Source: Pseudomonadota bacterium
GTDB lineage: Bacteria; Pseudomonadota; Alphaproteobacteria; Rhodospirillales; 2-02-FULL-58-16
Length of the DNA: 41,228 nucleotides
Direction of reading: 5' to 3'
NCBI GenBank assembly: GCA_022572335.1
Contig: JACZWD010000001.1
Location: forward strand, 1 to 41,228
A program made the position numbers and the translations under genes. Positions within the stretch are counted from its first letter, which is position 1, and every line of letters starts with the position of its first letter. This document shows positions 7,413 through 16,699 of this stretch, piece after piece. The notes beneath the pieces are model-generated. The model was not told the origin of the DNA. It ran no database searches and was given only the letters and a program-made list of their open reading frames with translations.

Positions 7413-8711
7413 TCAATCCCCGGCTCCGCCTTTGGCGGCGCGCAGCTTGTTCCAGTAGGCCAGCCTTTTCGCGATCTCGCGCTCGAAGCCCCTGTCTCCG
7501 GGCACGTAGAAGCGGCGGCGCTCCATGCCCTCGGGGAAGTAGTCCTGGCCGGAAAAGCCTTCGTCGGTGGCGTGGTCGTAGACATAGCCGTCGCCGTAGC
7601 CCAAGTCCTTCATCAGCCGCGTCGGCGCGTTGAGGATATGCTTCGGCGGCATCAGCGAGCCGGTCTCCCGGGCCGCCCGCCGGGCCGCGCCTTCCGCCCG
7701 GTAGGCGGCGTTGGACTTGGGCGCGGAGCCCAGATAGATGATGCACTGGACCAGGGCCAGCTCGCCCTCGGGAGAGCCCAGGCGCTCGTAGGCCTCCCAG
7801 GCGGCGACCGCATGGGGAAGCGCGTCGGGCTCGGCCAGGCCGACGTCCTCGACGGCGAAGCGCACCAGCCGCCGGGCGATGTAGCGCGGGTCCTCGCCGC
7901 CCGCCATCATGCGGGCGAACCAATAGAGCGCCGCGTCGGTATCGGACCCGCGCAGGGACTTGTGCAGGGCGCTGATCAGGTTGAAGTGGCCGTCCTGGTG
8001 CTTGTCGTAGAGCGGCAGGCGCTGTTGCACCGCGCCCATCAGCGCCGCCCGGTCGAGCAACGGCTCGGGCGGCAACTCCGCAAGGACCTCGATCATGTTC
8101 AGAAGATAGCGCCCGTCGCCGTCGGCCATGGCGCGCAAGGCGGCGCGGCCCGCGGCGTCGAGGGGCAGGTCCCTGCCGTCCGCCTGTTCGGCCCGCTTCG
8201 CCAGCACCTCCAGCGCCTCGTCGTCGAGACGGTCGAGCACCAGCACCTGGCAACGCGACAGCAGCGGCGGGGTCAGTTCGAACGACGGGTTCTCGGTGGT
8301 GGCGCCGACCAGGATCACCGTGCCGTCCTCCACCCAGGGCAGGAAGCCGTCCTGCTGGAGGCGGTTGAAGCGGTGAATCTCGTCGACGAAGAGAAGCGTG
8401 CCGCGGCCCGCCCCGCGCCGCCGGCGCGCCGCGTCGAACACCTTCCTGAGGTCGGCGACGCCGGAGAACACCGCCGACAGGGGCTCGAAGTGAAGGTCCG
8501 TGTGCTCGGCCAGAAGCCGCGCGATCGTCGTCTTTCCGGACCCCGGCGGCCCCCACAGGATGATCGACGACAGCCGGCCCGCGTCCACCATGCGCCCGAT
8601 GGGACCGTCGGCGCCGACAAGGCGGTCCTGGCCGACCACGTCGCTTAAGGTGCGCGGGCGCAGGCGGTCCGCCAAAGGGCGCGGGGCCTGGGCCTCGAAC
8701 AGGGTGCTCAC
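7413..8711 (-). CDS. rarA: replication-associated recombination protein A (AAA+ ATPase RarA/MgsA)
   Basis: VSTLFEAQAPRPLADRLRPRTLSDVVGQDRL…LWGPPGSGKTTIARLLA…LFVDEIHRFN is the RarA signature. Start taken as GTG 8711..8709, overlapping the degP-like stop (GTGA). The upstream 467 codons of track ORF 7413..10112 overlap the protease gene out of frame. Confidence 0.85.
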   Translation of the reverse strand: MSTLFEAQAPRPLADRLRPRTLSDVVGQDRLVGADGPIGRMVDAGRLSSIILWGPPGSGKTTIARLLAEHTDLHFEPLSAVFSGVADLRKVFDAARRRRGAGRGTLLFVDEIHRFNRLQQDGFLPWVEDGTVILVGATTENPSFELTPPLLSRCQVLVLDRLDDEALEVLAKRAEQADGRDLPLDAAGRAALRAMADGDGRYLLNMIEVLAELPPEPLLDRAALMGAVQQRLPLYDKHQDGHFNLISALHKSLRGSDTDAALYWFARMMAGGEDPRYIARRLVRFAVEDVGLAEPDALPHAVAAWEAYERLGSPEGELALVQCIIYLGSAPKSNAAYRAEGAARRAARETGSLMPPKHILNAPTRLMKDLGYGDGYVYDHATDEGFSGQDYFPEGMERRRFYVPGDRGFEREIAKRLAYWNKLRAAKGGAGD

Positions 8712-10129
8712 CGGTTGAGGACCATGTTGAGCATCCTGCCGTTGCGCTCGAGGGTGACGCGCCACCGGCTCACCCGCTCCGCGACCAGGGCCTTGAGCCG
8801 GCGGACCGAGTCCACTTTCGCGCCGTTGATGCCCCGCACCATGTCGCCGGTGCGGAAGCCCAGCCGGCTGGCGCTGCTGCCGCGGCGCAATGCCATGACG
8901 ATGACGCCGGCGTCGAAGGTTTCCAGGCCCAGCTCGTCGGCCAGCGCCGGCGACATGTTGGCCACCGTGGCGCCGGCAAGGGGGTGCGGACCCCTGAGTT
9001 CGGTGAGCTCGCGGGGGGGATCCTCCGGCGGCGGCGCCAGGGCGACGCGGACTTTCGATTCCCGGCCCCGCCGCCACACGGTCAGTTCCGCGGTGCCGCC
9101 CACGCCTAAGGTGGCGATCCGGTATTTGAGGGACTCGGGGTCGTCGACCTCGTGGCCGTTGACGGCGAGCAGCACGTCGCCGACCTTGACTCCCGCCCGG
9201 CCGGCGGGGCCGGCGGCGTGGACGGCGTTGACCAGCACCCCGGCGGGCCGCGCCAGGCCCAGCGAGGCGGCGATATCGGCGCCCACCCCCTGGCCCCAGG
9301 CGCCCAGCCAGGGCCGCACCAGCCGGCCGCCGCCGGTGATGCCGGCGATCACCGTGCGCACCATGTTCGACGGTATGGCGAAGCCGATGCCCAGGGATCC
9401 GCCGCTTTTCGAGAAGATGGCGGTGTTGATGCCGACCAGTTTGCCGTCCATGCCGATCAGGGCGCCGCCGGAATTGCCCGGGTTGATGGCGGCATCGGTC
9501 TGGATGAAGGACCTGAGGTCCGAAATGCCGACCTGGGTGCGCGCCAGGGCCGAGACGATGCCGCTGGTCACCGTCTGGCCGACGCCGAAGGGATTGCCGA
9601 TGGCGAGCACCAGGTCGCCCACCTCCAGTTCGTCCGAATCGCGCAGCTCCAGGAAGGGCAGCGCCTCGCCGCCGGTGTCCAGGCGCAGAACGGCCAGGTC
9701 CGTGCGCTTGTCGGTGCCGACGATCCGGGCCTCGAACTCGCGCCGGTCGGCCAGGACCACGGTGATCTCGTCGGCGCCCTCGATGACGTGGTCGTTGGTG
9801 ATGACAAGGCCGTCGGCGCGGACGATGACGCCGGAACCGAGGGAATTCTGCACCGGCGCGCGGGGTGTTTCCAGGCCGAACCCGAACCCCTCGCCGAAGA
9901 AGCGGCGGAAGAAGGGGTCGTCGAAAAGCGGCGCCATGGCGCGCCGGCGCACGACCTTGCGGGTGTAGATGTTGACCACCGCCGGGGCCGCCTTCCTGAC
10001 CAGGGGGGCGAAGGACATTTGAATCTGATCTTTCGACGCGGGCACCCGCTTCTCGCCCGCGGCCGGCGCCGCAAGAAGCGCCACCACGGCGAACACGACC
10101 GCCGAAATCCAAGGCTTCGTTGCGCTCAT
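8708..10129 (-). CDS. degP: Do/DegP/HtrA family periplasmic serine endoprotease with two PDZ domains
   Basis: Trimmed to ATG 10129 (MSATKPWISAVVFAVVALLAAPAAG, a signal peptide). Catalytic triad context is TNDHVI, DLAVLRL, GNSGGAL. Two PDZ-like C-terminal segments. Confidence 0.9.
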   Translation of the reverse strand: MSATKPWISAVVFAVVALLAAPAAGEKRVPASKDQIQMSFAPLVRKAAPAVVNIYTRKVVRRRAMAPLFDDPFFRRFFGEGFGFGLETPRAPVQNSLGSGVIVRADGLVITNDHVIEGADEITVVLADRREFEARIVGTDKRTDLAVLRLDTGGEALPFLELRDSDELEVGDLVLAIGNPFGVGQTVTSGIVSALARTQVGISDLRSFIQTDAAINPGNSGGALIGMDGKLVGINTAIFSKSGGSLGIGFAIPSNMVRTVIAGITGGGRLVRPWLGAWGQGVGADIAASLGLARPAGVLVNAVHAAGPAGRAGVKVGDVLLAVNGHEVDDPESLKYRIATLGVGGTAELTVWRRGRESKVRVALAPPPEDPPRELTELRGPHPLAGATVANMSPALADELGLETFDAGVIVMALRRGSSASRLGFRTGDMVRGINGAKVDSVRRLKALVAERVSRWRVTLERNGRMLNMVLNR

Positions 10130-10196
10130 GGCCTTCTCGATCCGAGTGATACCGCCAGCCCGGCCGGTCCGGGAACCGCCGAGTTTAGCATCAGGT

Positions 10197-10225
10197 AAAT
10201 GCAAAAGGCAGCCGTCGCGGCTGCC
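10197..10225 (-). terminator. intrinsic terminator downstream of rplQ (end of the alpha operon)
   Basis: The minus strand reads GGCAGCCG-cga-CGGCTGCC followed by TTTTGCATTT. This is a perfect 8-bp GC-rich stem with a 3-nt loop and a T-tract, 63 nt after the rplQ stop. Confidence 0.7.
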
Positions 10226-10287
10226 ATACGGGACGCCGGGCCCCGCCGGTCTGGATGGCCCGGGCGGGCGGCGGGCGGGCGGGCGGG

Positions 10288-10719
10288 TTAGTCGGCGTCC
10301 GCCTCCTCGGCGGCGGCCTCGGCGGCGGTGCGGGCCTTGTCCTCGGCGCCCTTGGCCTCGGGATTCCGGTCGACCAGCTCGATGACCGCCATGGGCGCGC
10401 TGTCGCCATAGCGGAAGCCGTCCCTGAGCACCCGGGTGTACCCCCCGTTGCGCCCCTTGTAGCGCTCGGCCAGGGCGCCGAACAGCTTGCTCACCAGTTG
10501 AGTATCTTGAAGGGTGGCGAGGGCCCGGCGGCGGGCGTGCAGGTTGCCGCGCTTGCCCAGGGTGATTATCCTGTCGGTCACCCGGCGCAGCTCCTTGGCC
10601 TTGGGCAGGGTGGTCCTGATCTGCTCGTGCTTCAGGAGCGCCACCGCCATGTTGGCGAACATGGCCTTGCGGTGGCTGCTCGTACGGTTCAGCTTGCGGC
10701 CGCTTCGGCGGTGACGCAT
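10288..10719 (-). CDS. rplQ: 50S ribosomal protein L17
   Basis: [45 protein letters not shown] is the canonical L17 N-terminus. Short acidic C-terminal tail. Confidence 0.97.
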   Translation of the reverse strand: MRHRRSGRKLNRTSSHRKAMFANMAVALLKHEQIRTTLPKAKELRRVTDRIITLGKRGNLHARRRALATLQDTQLVSKLFGALAERYKGRNGGYTRVLRDGFRYGDSAPMAVIELVDRNPEAKGAEDKARTAAEAAAEEADAD

Positions 10720-10775
10720 CCCAGGATCTCCTTACCGCCCGCTCGCCGCGGCGCCGGGGTGGCGCCGCCGACTGG

Positions 10776-11792
10776 TCAAAACGGGTCTTCCAGCTTCTTC
10801 GCCAGTTCCTCGATATTTTCCGGCGGCCAGATCGGAATATCCATGCCCAGGTGCAGACCCATCTGGGCAAGCACCTCCTTGATCTCGTTCAGGGACTTGC
10901 GGCCGAAGTTGGGTGTGCGCAACATGTCGGCCTCGGTTTTCTGGACCAGATCGCCGATATAGATAATGTTGTCGTTCTTGAGACAGTTGGCCGAGCGCAC
11001 CGACAGTTCCAACTCGTCCACCTTGCGCAGCAGGTTCTTGTTGAAGGGCAGCTCTTCCGTCGTTTCCGCCTCTTCCGCCGCCTGCGGCTCCTCGAAGTTG
11101 ATGAAAAGGTTCATCTGGTCCTGGAGGATTCTGGCCGCCAGCGCGACCGCATCTTCCGGCGTCACCGAGCCGTTGGTGGTGACATCGAGCGACAGCTTGT
11201 CGTGGTCCGTGACCTGGCCGACACGGGTGTTCTCCACCCGGTAGGCGACCTTGCGCACGGGAGAGAACACCGCATCCACGGGAATCAGCCCGATGGGCGA
11301 ATCCTCGGGGCGGCTTTGCGACGCCGCCATGTAGCCCTTGCCGGTCTCCACCGTCAGCTCCATGGAGATTTTCGCCCCCTGATCGAGGGTACAGATGACC
11401 AGGTCCGGATCCATGATCTCGACGTCGGGACCGGTCTCGATCATGCCCGCCGTCACCTCGCCCGGCCCGTCGGCCTTCAGGATCATCCGCTTGGACCCCT
11501 CGCCGTGGGCGCGCAGCCCCATGGACTTGACGTTGAGCACGATGTCGGTGACGTCCTCGCGCACACCGGGAATGGACGAAAATTCATGCAGCACGCCGTC
11601 GATCTGTACCGACGTCACGGCCGCCCCCTGAAGCGTCGACAACAAGACCCTTCTGAGCGCGTTGCCCAGGGTCAGGCCGAAGCCCCGCTCCAGCGGCTCG
11701 GCGACGATGGTGGCCGTGCGCGCGGGATCGGTGCCTCCCACCACGTCGAGTTTGGTGGGTTTGATGAGTTCCTGCCAATTTTTCTGAATCAC
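10776..11792 (-). CDS. rpoA: DNA-directed RNA polymerase subunit alpha
   Basis: Trimmed to GTG 11792 ((M)[16 protein letters not shown]…). The C-terminal domain reads [24 protein letters not shown]. Confidence 0.95.
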   Translation of the reverse strand: MIQKNWQELIKPTKLDVVGGTDPARTATIVAEPLERGFGLTLGNALRRVLLSTLQGAAVTSVQIDGVLHEFSSIPGVREDVTDIVLNVKSMGLRAHGEGSKRMILKADGPGEVTAGMIETGPDVEIMDPDLVICTLDQGAKISMELTVETGKGYMAASQSRPEDSPIGLIPVDAVFSPVRKVAYRVENTRVGQVTDHDKLSLDVTTNGSVTPEDAVALAARILQDQMNLFINFEEPQAAEEAETTEELPFNKNLLRKVDELELSVRSANCLKNDNIIYIGDLVQKTEADMLRTPNFGRKSLNEIKEVLAQMGLHLGMDIPIWPPENIEELAKKLEDPF

Positions 11793-11903
11793 GAAAGAGA
11801 CCTTTCGCCCAGCACGTTGAATGATAATCCTTCGGACACGGTGTTTTCGCGGAAATCCCGGCCCGCTCACGGGCCCGAAAGATCAGGGAATCGTCAAGCC
11901 GGC

Positions 11904-12296
11904 CTACACACGCCGGCGCTTCCGCGGGCGACAGCCGTTGTGGGGGATCGCCGTCACGTCGCGGATGGCGGTAATGGTGAAACCGACCGCCTGCAATGCG
12001 CGCAATGCGGATTCGCGGCCCGAACCCGGCCCTTTGACCTCCACTTCCAAGGTCTTCATACCGTGTTCCATGGCCTTGCGGCCGGCACTCTCGCCGGCCA
12101 TCTGGGCCGCATACGGGGTTGATTTGCGTGATCCCTTGAACCCCTGGCTGCCCGCCGATGACCAGGCGATGACGTTGCCCTGGGCATCGGTAATGGTGAT
12201 CATGGTGTTGTTGAACGTGGCGCTCACGTGCGCCACGCCGGAGACGATATTTTTGCGCTCGCGGCGACGTGGGCGGTGGGTGGATGTCTTTGCCAT
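11904..12296 (-). CDS. rpsK: 30S ribosomal protein S11
   Basis: …[46 protein letters not shown] is the S11 signature. Confidence 0.97.
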   Translation of the reverse strand: MAKTSTHRPRRRERKNIVSGVAHVSATFNNTMITITDAQGNVIAWSSAGSQGFKGSRKSTPYAAQMAGESAGRKAMEHGMKTLEVEVKGPGSGRESALRALQAVGFTITAIRDVTAIPHNGCRPRKRRRV

Positions 12297-12321
12297 ACCC
12301 GTTCCTTAACGCTTACCGACC

Positions 12322-12705
12322 TTAATGCTTGCCGACCGTTCTTTTCTTGCCGGCGATGGCCTTCCTCGGACCCTTTCGGGTGCGCGCGTTGGTGTGGGTA
12401 CGCTGGCCGCGTACCGGCAGCCCGCGCCGGTGCCGAAGCCCCCGGTAACACCCCAAATCCATCAGCCGCTTGACATTCATCGCCACCTCGCGCCGCAGGT
12501 CGCCTTCCACCTGGTGGTCGTGGTCGATGCTTTCGCGGATGCGCATGACCTCGTCGTCGGTGAGCTCGTTGACCCGCCGCTCGGGAGGGACACCGACCAT
12601 CGCGCAAATTCGCCGTGCCTTGGTACGGCCGATGCCGAAGATATAGGTCAGGGAGATCTCGACCCGTTTCCCGGTGGGAATGTTCACGCCAGCGATTCGC
12701 GCCAA
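12322..12705 (-). CDS. rpsM: 30S ribosomal protein S13 (TTG start)
   Basis: (M)[29 protein letters not shown]. The first codon on the sequence is TTG (12705..12703), 6 nt after AAGGAGA. Confidence 0.97.
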   Translation of the reverse strand: MARIAGVNIPTGKRVEISLTYIFGIGRTKARRICAMVGVPPERRVNELTDDEVMRIRESIDHDHQVEGDLRREVAMNVKRLMDLGCYRGLRHRRGLPVRGQRTHTNARTRKGPRKAIAGKKRTVGKH

Positions 12706-12771
12706 AGCAGGTTCTCCTTAGCGTTTGGTTTTAAACGAAAATCATGGGCGCCGGGAAGACGAGGAGGCGCG

Positions 12772-12799
12772 ATTATAGGACCTATCAACCTCAAGTCAA
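12772..12799 (-). promoter_or_regulatory. near-consensus sigma70 promoter in front of rpsM (alpha-operon internal promoter)
   Basis: The minus strand reads TTGACT-N16-TATAAT (-35 at 12799..12794, -10 at 12777..12772). It sits in the 104-nt adk-rpsM spacer, about 60 nt upstream of the rpsM start. Confidence 0.6.
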
Positions 12800-12809
12800 C
12801 ACGCTCCCG

Positions 12810-13454
12810 CTATCCCACGATCCGGTCCAATTGCCGCGTCACCTCGTCGATGGAGGCCATGCCGTCAACGGTCTGCACCATGCCTTTTTTTCCGTAGTAG
12901 GAGAGGATCGGCGCGGTTTTCTCGTGGTAGGCCTTGAGGCGCGCCCGTACCGTCTCGGCGTTGTCGTCGCTACGGCGGGTGAACCGGGTGCCGCCGCAGG
13001 TGTCGCAGACCCCATCCACCTTGGGCCGCTGGAAGGTGTCGTGGTATCCGGCCCCGCACTCGGCGCAGGTATAGCGGCCGGTGATGCGTTGGACCATGGC
13101 CTCGTCGTCGACCCTGATCTCGATCACGTGGTCAAGCTTCAGCCCTTTTTCGACAAGCATGGCGTCCAGGGCCTCGGCCTGGCGGGTGGTGCGCGGAAAG
13201 CCGTCCAGGATGAACCCGTTCGCGCAGTCGTCCGCGTCGATGCATCCCGCGATCATGTCGATGATCATTTGGTCTGGCACCAGGGCACCGGCATCGATCA
13301 ACCCCTTCGCGTTTCTGCCCAATTCGCCGCCCGAGGCGATTTCGGCGCGCAGCATATCGCCCGTGGAAAGCTGGACAATGTCGTATTTCTCGTGCAGGCG
13401 CTTTGCCTGGGTGCCCTTCCCGGCACCCGGCGCGCCGAGAAGAACCAGTTTCAT
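12810..13454 (-). CDS. adk: adenylate kinase (Cys4 lid type)
   Basis: Trimmed to ATG 13454 (MKLVLLGAPGAGKGTQAKRL, P-loop). The lid reads CAECG…CDTCG. The ATG overlaps the secY stop (ATGA). The rest of track ORF 12810..14267 is an out-of-frame overlap with secY. Confidence 0.95.
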   Translation of the reverse strand: MKLVLLGAPGAGKGTQAKRLHEKYDIVQLSTGDMLRAEIASGGELGRNAKGLIDAGALVPDQMIIDMIAGCIDADDCANGFILDGFPRTTRQAEALDAMLVEKGLKLDHVIEIRVDDEAMVQRITGRYTCAECGAGYHDTFQRPKVDGVCDTCGGTRFTRRSDDNAETVRARLKAYHEKTAPILSYYGKKGMVQTVDGMASIDEVTRQLDRIVG

Positions 13455-14797
13455 CCCCGCCGGCCCCTCAATCTCGACTTCTTGATCAGCCCCTCGTACT
13501 GGTGGGCAAGCAGATGGGACTGCACCTGGGCCACGGTATCCAGGGTCACGGTGACCACAATGAGTAGGCTGGTACCGCCGAAATAGAACGGCACGGAATA
13601 CCGGGAGATCAGGATCTCCGGCAAAAGGCAGACCGCGGCCAGGTACCCGGCGCCGACCACGGTCAGCCGCGTCAGCACCCGGTCCAGGTACTCCGCCGTG
13701 TTCTTGCCGGGGCGGATGCCGGGCACGAAGCCGCCATATTTCTTCAGGTTGTCGGCCGTTTCCGTGGGGTTGAACACCACCGCCGTATAGAAAAAGGCGA
13801 AGAACACGATGAGACCGATGTAAATGGCCAGGTACAGCGGTTGGCCCCGTCCCAGATAGGCGGTCACCGTGGTCAACCACTCCGGCCCCTGACCGGCCGC
13901 CGAGAAACCGATTATCGTGACCGGCATCAACAGGATGGAACTGGCGAAGATGGGCGGGATGACGCCCGCGGTGTTGACCTTCAGGGGCAGGTGCGAGGCC
14001 TCGCCGCCGTACATCCGGTTGCCCGTCTGGCGCTTGGGATATTGGACCACGATGCGCCGCTGGGCCCGTTCGACGAAGACGATGAAAAAGATCACGCCCA
14101 CGGCCATCGCCAGCAGGAAGACGATAAACACCGTCGACAGCGCCCCGGTGCGTCCCAATTCCAGGGTGCTCGCCAGGGCCGTCGGCAGGTTGGCGACGAT
14201 GCCCGAGAAAATGATCAGCGAGATTCCGTTGCCGACGCCGCGGGCGGTGATCTGCTCGCCCAGCCACATCAGGAACAGGGTGCCGCCGATGAGCGTCACC
14301 ACCGTGGTGAAGCGGAAGAACAAGCCGCCGCCGATGACCGCCGGGCCGGCGCTGGAGCTCATGCCCTCGAGGCCGACGGCGATGCCGTACGCCTGCAGCG
14401 CCGTGATAAACACGGTGCCGTAGCGGGTGTATTGGTTGATTTTCTTGCGCCCGGTCTCGCCTTCCTTCTTCAGCGCCTCAAGGTGGGGCGAGACCGCCGT
14501 CATCAGTTGCATGATGATGGACGCCGAAATGTACGGCATGATGTTGAGGGCAAAGATGGTCATGCGGCTGAGCGCGCCCCCCGCGAACATGTCGAACATG
14601 CCGAGGATGCCGCCCGCCTGGCGCGAGAAGATGTCCTTCAGGACCACCGGATCGATGCCGGGCAGCGGAATGTAGGTGCCAAGCCGGTACACGATCAAGG
14701 CGAGCAGCGTGAACCAGACACGCTTCTTCAGCTCGGTGGCCTTGGAGAACGCCCCGAAATTGATGCTACCGGCAATTTGTTCGGCTACGGAAGCCAT
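13451..14797 (-). CDS. secY: preprotein translocase subunit SecY
   Basis: MASVAEQIAGSINFGAFSKATELKKRVWFTLLALIVYRLGTYIPLPGI is the typical SecY N-terminus. ATG 14797 is preferred; the track start at 14806 is a GTG overlapping the rplO stop. Confidence 0.95.
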   Translation of the reverse strand: MASVAEQIAGSINFGAFSKATELKKRVWFTLLALIVYRLGTYIPLPGIDPVVLKDIFSRQAGGILGMFDMFAGGALSRMTIFALNIMPYISASIIMQLMTAVSPHLEALKKEGETGRKKINQYTRYGTVFITALQAYGIAVGLEGMSSSAGPAVIGGGLFFRFTTVVTLIGGTLFLMWLGEQITARGVGNGISLIIFSGIVANLPTALASTLELGRTGALSTVFIVFLLAMAVGVIFFIVFVERAQRRIVVQYPKRQTGNRMYGGEASHLPLKVNTAGVIPPIFASSILLMPVTIIGFSAAGQGPEWLTTVTAYLGRGQPLYLAIYIGLIVFFAFFYTAVVFNPTETADNLKKYGGFVPGIRPGKNTAEYLDRVLTRLTVVGAGYLAAVCLLPEILISRYSVPFYFGGTSLLIVVTVTLDTVAQVQSHLLAHQYEGLIKKSRLRGRRG

Positions 14798-14802
14798 ATC
14801 GC

Positions 14803-15504
14803 TCACTCAGCTGTGGTTTTCGCCCTTGTCGGCGGCCGTGGGGGGGCGTGTTTCTCCTTGGCGGATTTCTCCCCGGCGGCTTTCTCCTTGCCGGCGGATT
14901 TCTCCTTGGCGGATTTCTCCTTGGCGGATTTCTCCCCGGCGGCTTTCTCCTTGGCGGCTCTCTCCTTGGCGGCCTCCTCCTTGGCGGCCTTCTTCCTGGC
15001 GGCCTTGCCCTTGCCTTCGGCCTTTTCGTCCTTGGCGCCAAGTGCGGCCTCGGGGAGGATCACCGCGCCTCCGGCCTTTTCAACCGCGGCGATGGCTGTC
15101 TTCGACGCGCCGACCACCTCGATGGTCAGCTTGGCCTTGATTTCCCCCTTGGCCAACAGCTTGACGCCGTCATAAGACTTATTGATCAAACCGGCCGTCC
15201 GCAAGGCCGTCTCGTCGACCGGCTTTTTGGCGTCGAGCTTGCCGCCGTCGATGGCCTTTTGCAGGCGGCCCAGGTTGACCTCCGCGTAGGTCTTGCGGAA
15301 CGGATTGTGGAACCCGCGTTTGGGCAGTCGCCTGTACAGCGGCATCTGGCCGCCCTCGAACCCGCCGAGCGCAACGCCGCTGCGCGATTTCTGGCCCTTA
15401 TGGCCCCGCCCGGACGTGCCGCCCTTGCCGGAACCGGCGCCACGGCCCAACCGTTTGCGCCGGGTGCGCGCGCCGGCCGTATCACGAAGCTCGTTCAGTC
15501 GCAT
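14803..15504 (-). CDS. rplO: 50S ribosomal protein L15 with a long Lys/Ala/Glu-rich C-terminal extension (233 aa)
   Basis: Trimmed to ATG 15504 ([43 protein letters not shown]…). The L15 core ends near residue 150 (…[13 protein letters not shown]). About 80 aa of AAKE/KSAKE-type low-complexity sequence follow. Confidence 0.93.
   Translation of the reverse strand: MRLNELRDTAGARTRRKRLGRGAGSGKGGTSGRGHKGQKSRSGVALGGFEGGQMPLYRRLPKRGFHNPFRKTYAEVNLGRLQKAIDGGKLDAKKPVDETALRTAGLINKSYDGVKLLAKGEIKAKLTIEVVGASKTAIAAVEKAGGAVILPEAALGAKDEKAEGKGKAARKKAAKEEAAKERAAKEKAAGEKSAKEKSAKEKSAGKEKAAGEKSAKEKHAPPRPPTRAKTTAE
14851..15015. repeat. roughly 10 degenerate 15-nt tandem units (plus-strand consensus tttctccttggcggn) inside the rplO 3' region
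   Basis: Read directly: tttctccttggcgga / tttctccccggcggc / tttctccttgccggcgga / tttctccttggcgga (x2) / tttctccccggcggc / tttctccttggcggc / tctctccttggcggc / ctcctccttggcggc / cttcttcctggcggc. Confidence 0.85.
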
Positions 15505-15534
15505 GTCTCGATCACCCCCGACGCCCAATGCGCC

Positions 15535-15732
15535 TCAATGGTCTTCCTCGATGCGCACCAGATGCTGGACCTTGGCGATCATGCCGCGCACGGACGGCGT
15601 GTCCTCCAACTCCCGGGTCCGGCGCATCTTGTTGAGCCCCAGGCCGACCAGGGTCGCCCGCTGGTCCTTGCGCCGCCCGATGGGGCTTGCGACCTGGGTG
15701 ACCCTGAGCGTGGCCTTCTTCTTATCGGTCAT
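15535..15732 (-). CDS. rpmD: 50S ribosomal protein L30
   Basis: [46 protein letters not shown]. Overlaps the rpsE 3' end by 11 nt. Confidence 0.95.
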   Translation of the reverse strand: MTDKKKATLRVTQVASPIGRRKDQRATLVGLGLNKMRRTRELEDTPSVRGMIAKVQHLVRIEEDH

Positions 15733-16312
15733 GGTCTTGCGCCTTCGCCTCCGCCGCGGCGCCGCTGCGGCGCGACACGATCTCGCTGACCTTCTTGCCG
15801 CGCCTGGCCGCCACGGCCCTGGGCGACTTAATGTTGATCAAGGCATTGAAAGTGGCCTTGATCATGTTGTGAGGATTGGCGGAGCCGAGGGACTTGGCGA
15901 CCACGTCCTGCACCCCCATGGTCTCGAACACCGCGCGCATGGGACCGCCGGCGATGATGCCGGTACCCGGAGGCGCGCTGCGCACCACCACCTTGCCGGC
16001 GCCGTACCGGCCCTGCATGTCATGGTGAAGGGTGCGGCCGTCGCGCAAGGGCACGCGGATCATGGTGCGCTTGGCCCGTTCGGTGGCCTTGCGGATGGCC
16101 TCCGGGACCTCGCGCGCCTTGCCGGTACCGAACCCGACGCGCCCGCGTCCGTCCCCGACCACCACCAGCGCGGCGAAGGAAAACCGGCGCCCCCCCTTCA
16201 CCACCTTGGCGACCCGGTTGATGTGGACCAGCTTGTCCAGCAGGTCGGTTTCCTCGCGCCCCGCGCGGTCCCCCTGCCTGCCCTGCCTGGAGTGTGTGGA
16301 TGGTCGTGCCAT
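15722..16312 (-). CDS. rpsE: 30S ribosomal protein S5
   Basis: …[49 protein letters not shown] is the S5 signature. Confidence 0.97.
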   Translation of the reverse strand: MARPSTHSRQGRQGDRAGREETDLLDKLVHINRVAKVVKGGRRFSFAALVVVGDGRGRVGFGTGKAREVPEAIRKATERAKRTMIRVPLRDGRTLHHDMQGRYGAGKVVVRSAPPGTGIIAGGPMRAVFETMGVQDVVAKSLGSANPHNMIKATFNALINIKSPRAVAARRGKKVSEIVSRRSGAAAEAKAQDHDR

Positions 16313-16333
16313 AAATGAGCGCTCCTCGGCTCG

Positions 16334-16696
16334 CTAAAACGAAAGGCCGCCTTCACGGGCCGCCGCGGCCAGGGCCTTGAGCCGGCCATGGAATTTGTAG
16401 CCGCCGCGGTCGAAGACCACGTTCTTGACGCCCGCGGCCAGCGCCCGCTCGGCGATCAGCTTGCCCACTTCGGCGGCCGACTTCACGTCGGCGCCGGTGC
16501 TGAGCTTGCCCTTGAGCGACTTTTCCAGACTGGACGCCGCCGCCAGCGTGACGCCACGGCGGTCGTCGATGACCTGGGCGTAAATGTGCTTGGACGAGCG
16601 GAACACCGACAACCGCAAACGGTCGCCCAGCCGCCGCCTGAGCTTGTCGCGGGTGCGCCGCACGCGGCGCGTAAAGAGCTGCTTCGTCTTCGCCAT
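16334..16696 (-). CDS. rplR: 50S ribosomal protein L18
   Basis: …[18 protein letters not shown]…[27 protein letters not shown]. Confidence 0.97.
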   Translation of the reverse strand: MAKTKQLFTRRVRRTRDKLRRRLGDRLRLSVFRSSKHIYAQVIDDRRGVTLAAASSLEKSLKGKLSTGADVKSAAEVGKLIAERALAAGVKNVVFDRGGYKFHGRLKALAAAAREGGLSF

Positions 16697-16699
16697 GGT

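Noticed and set aside
7413-10112. An 899-aa ORF that appears to be a giant protein ending in RarA.
   Set aside because: Only the last 433 codons resemble RarA. The upstream 467 codons are an out-of-frame overlap with the DegP-like gene (Arg/Gly/Pro-rich). A GTG at 8711 overlapping the protease stop gives a normal-length RarA.
12810-14267. A 485-aa ORF extending adk upstream through secY. Similar 5'-over-extended track ORFs exist for rluC, rpoA, rpsH, rplE, rplX, rpmC, rplO, rpsJ, rplL, nusG, degP and the Sel1 gene.
   Set aside because: The extensions are compositionally aberrant and overlap neighbouring genuine genes. In each case a canonical N-terminus with a start codon and Shine-Dalgarno sequence occurs internally, and coordinates were trimmed accordingly.
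14851-15015. A regularly spaced short tandem repeat that might look like a CRISPR array or minisatellite.
   Set aside because: The units are 15 nt, contiguous with no spacers, in frame, and lie inside the rplO reading frame. This is a coding low-complexity repeat, not a CRISPR array. No cas genes occur in the window.
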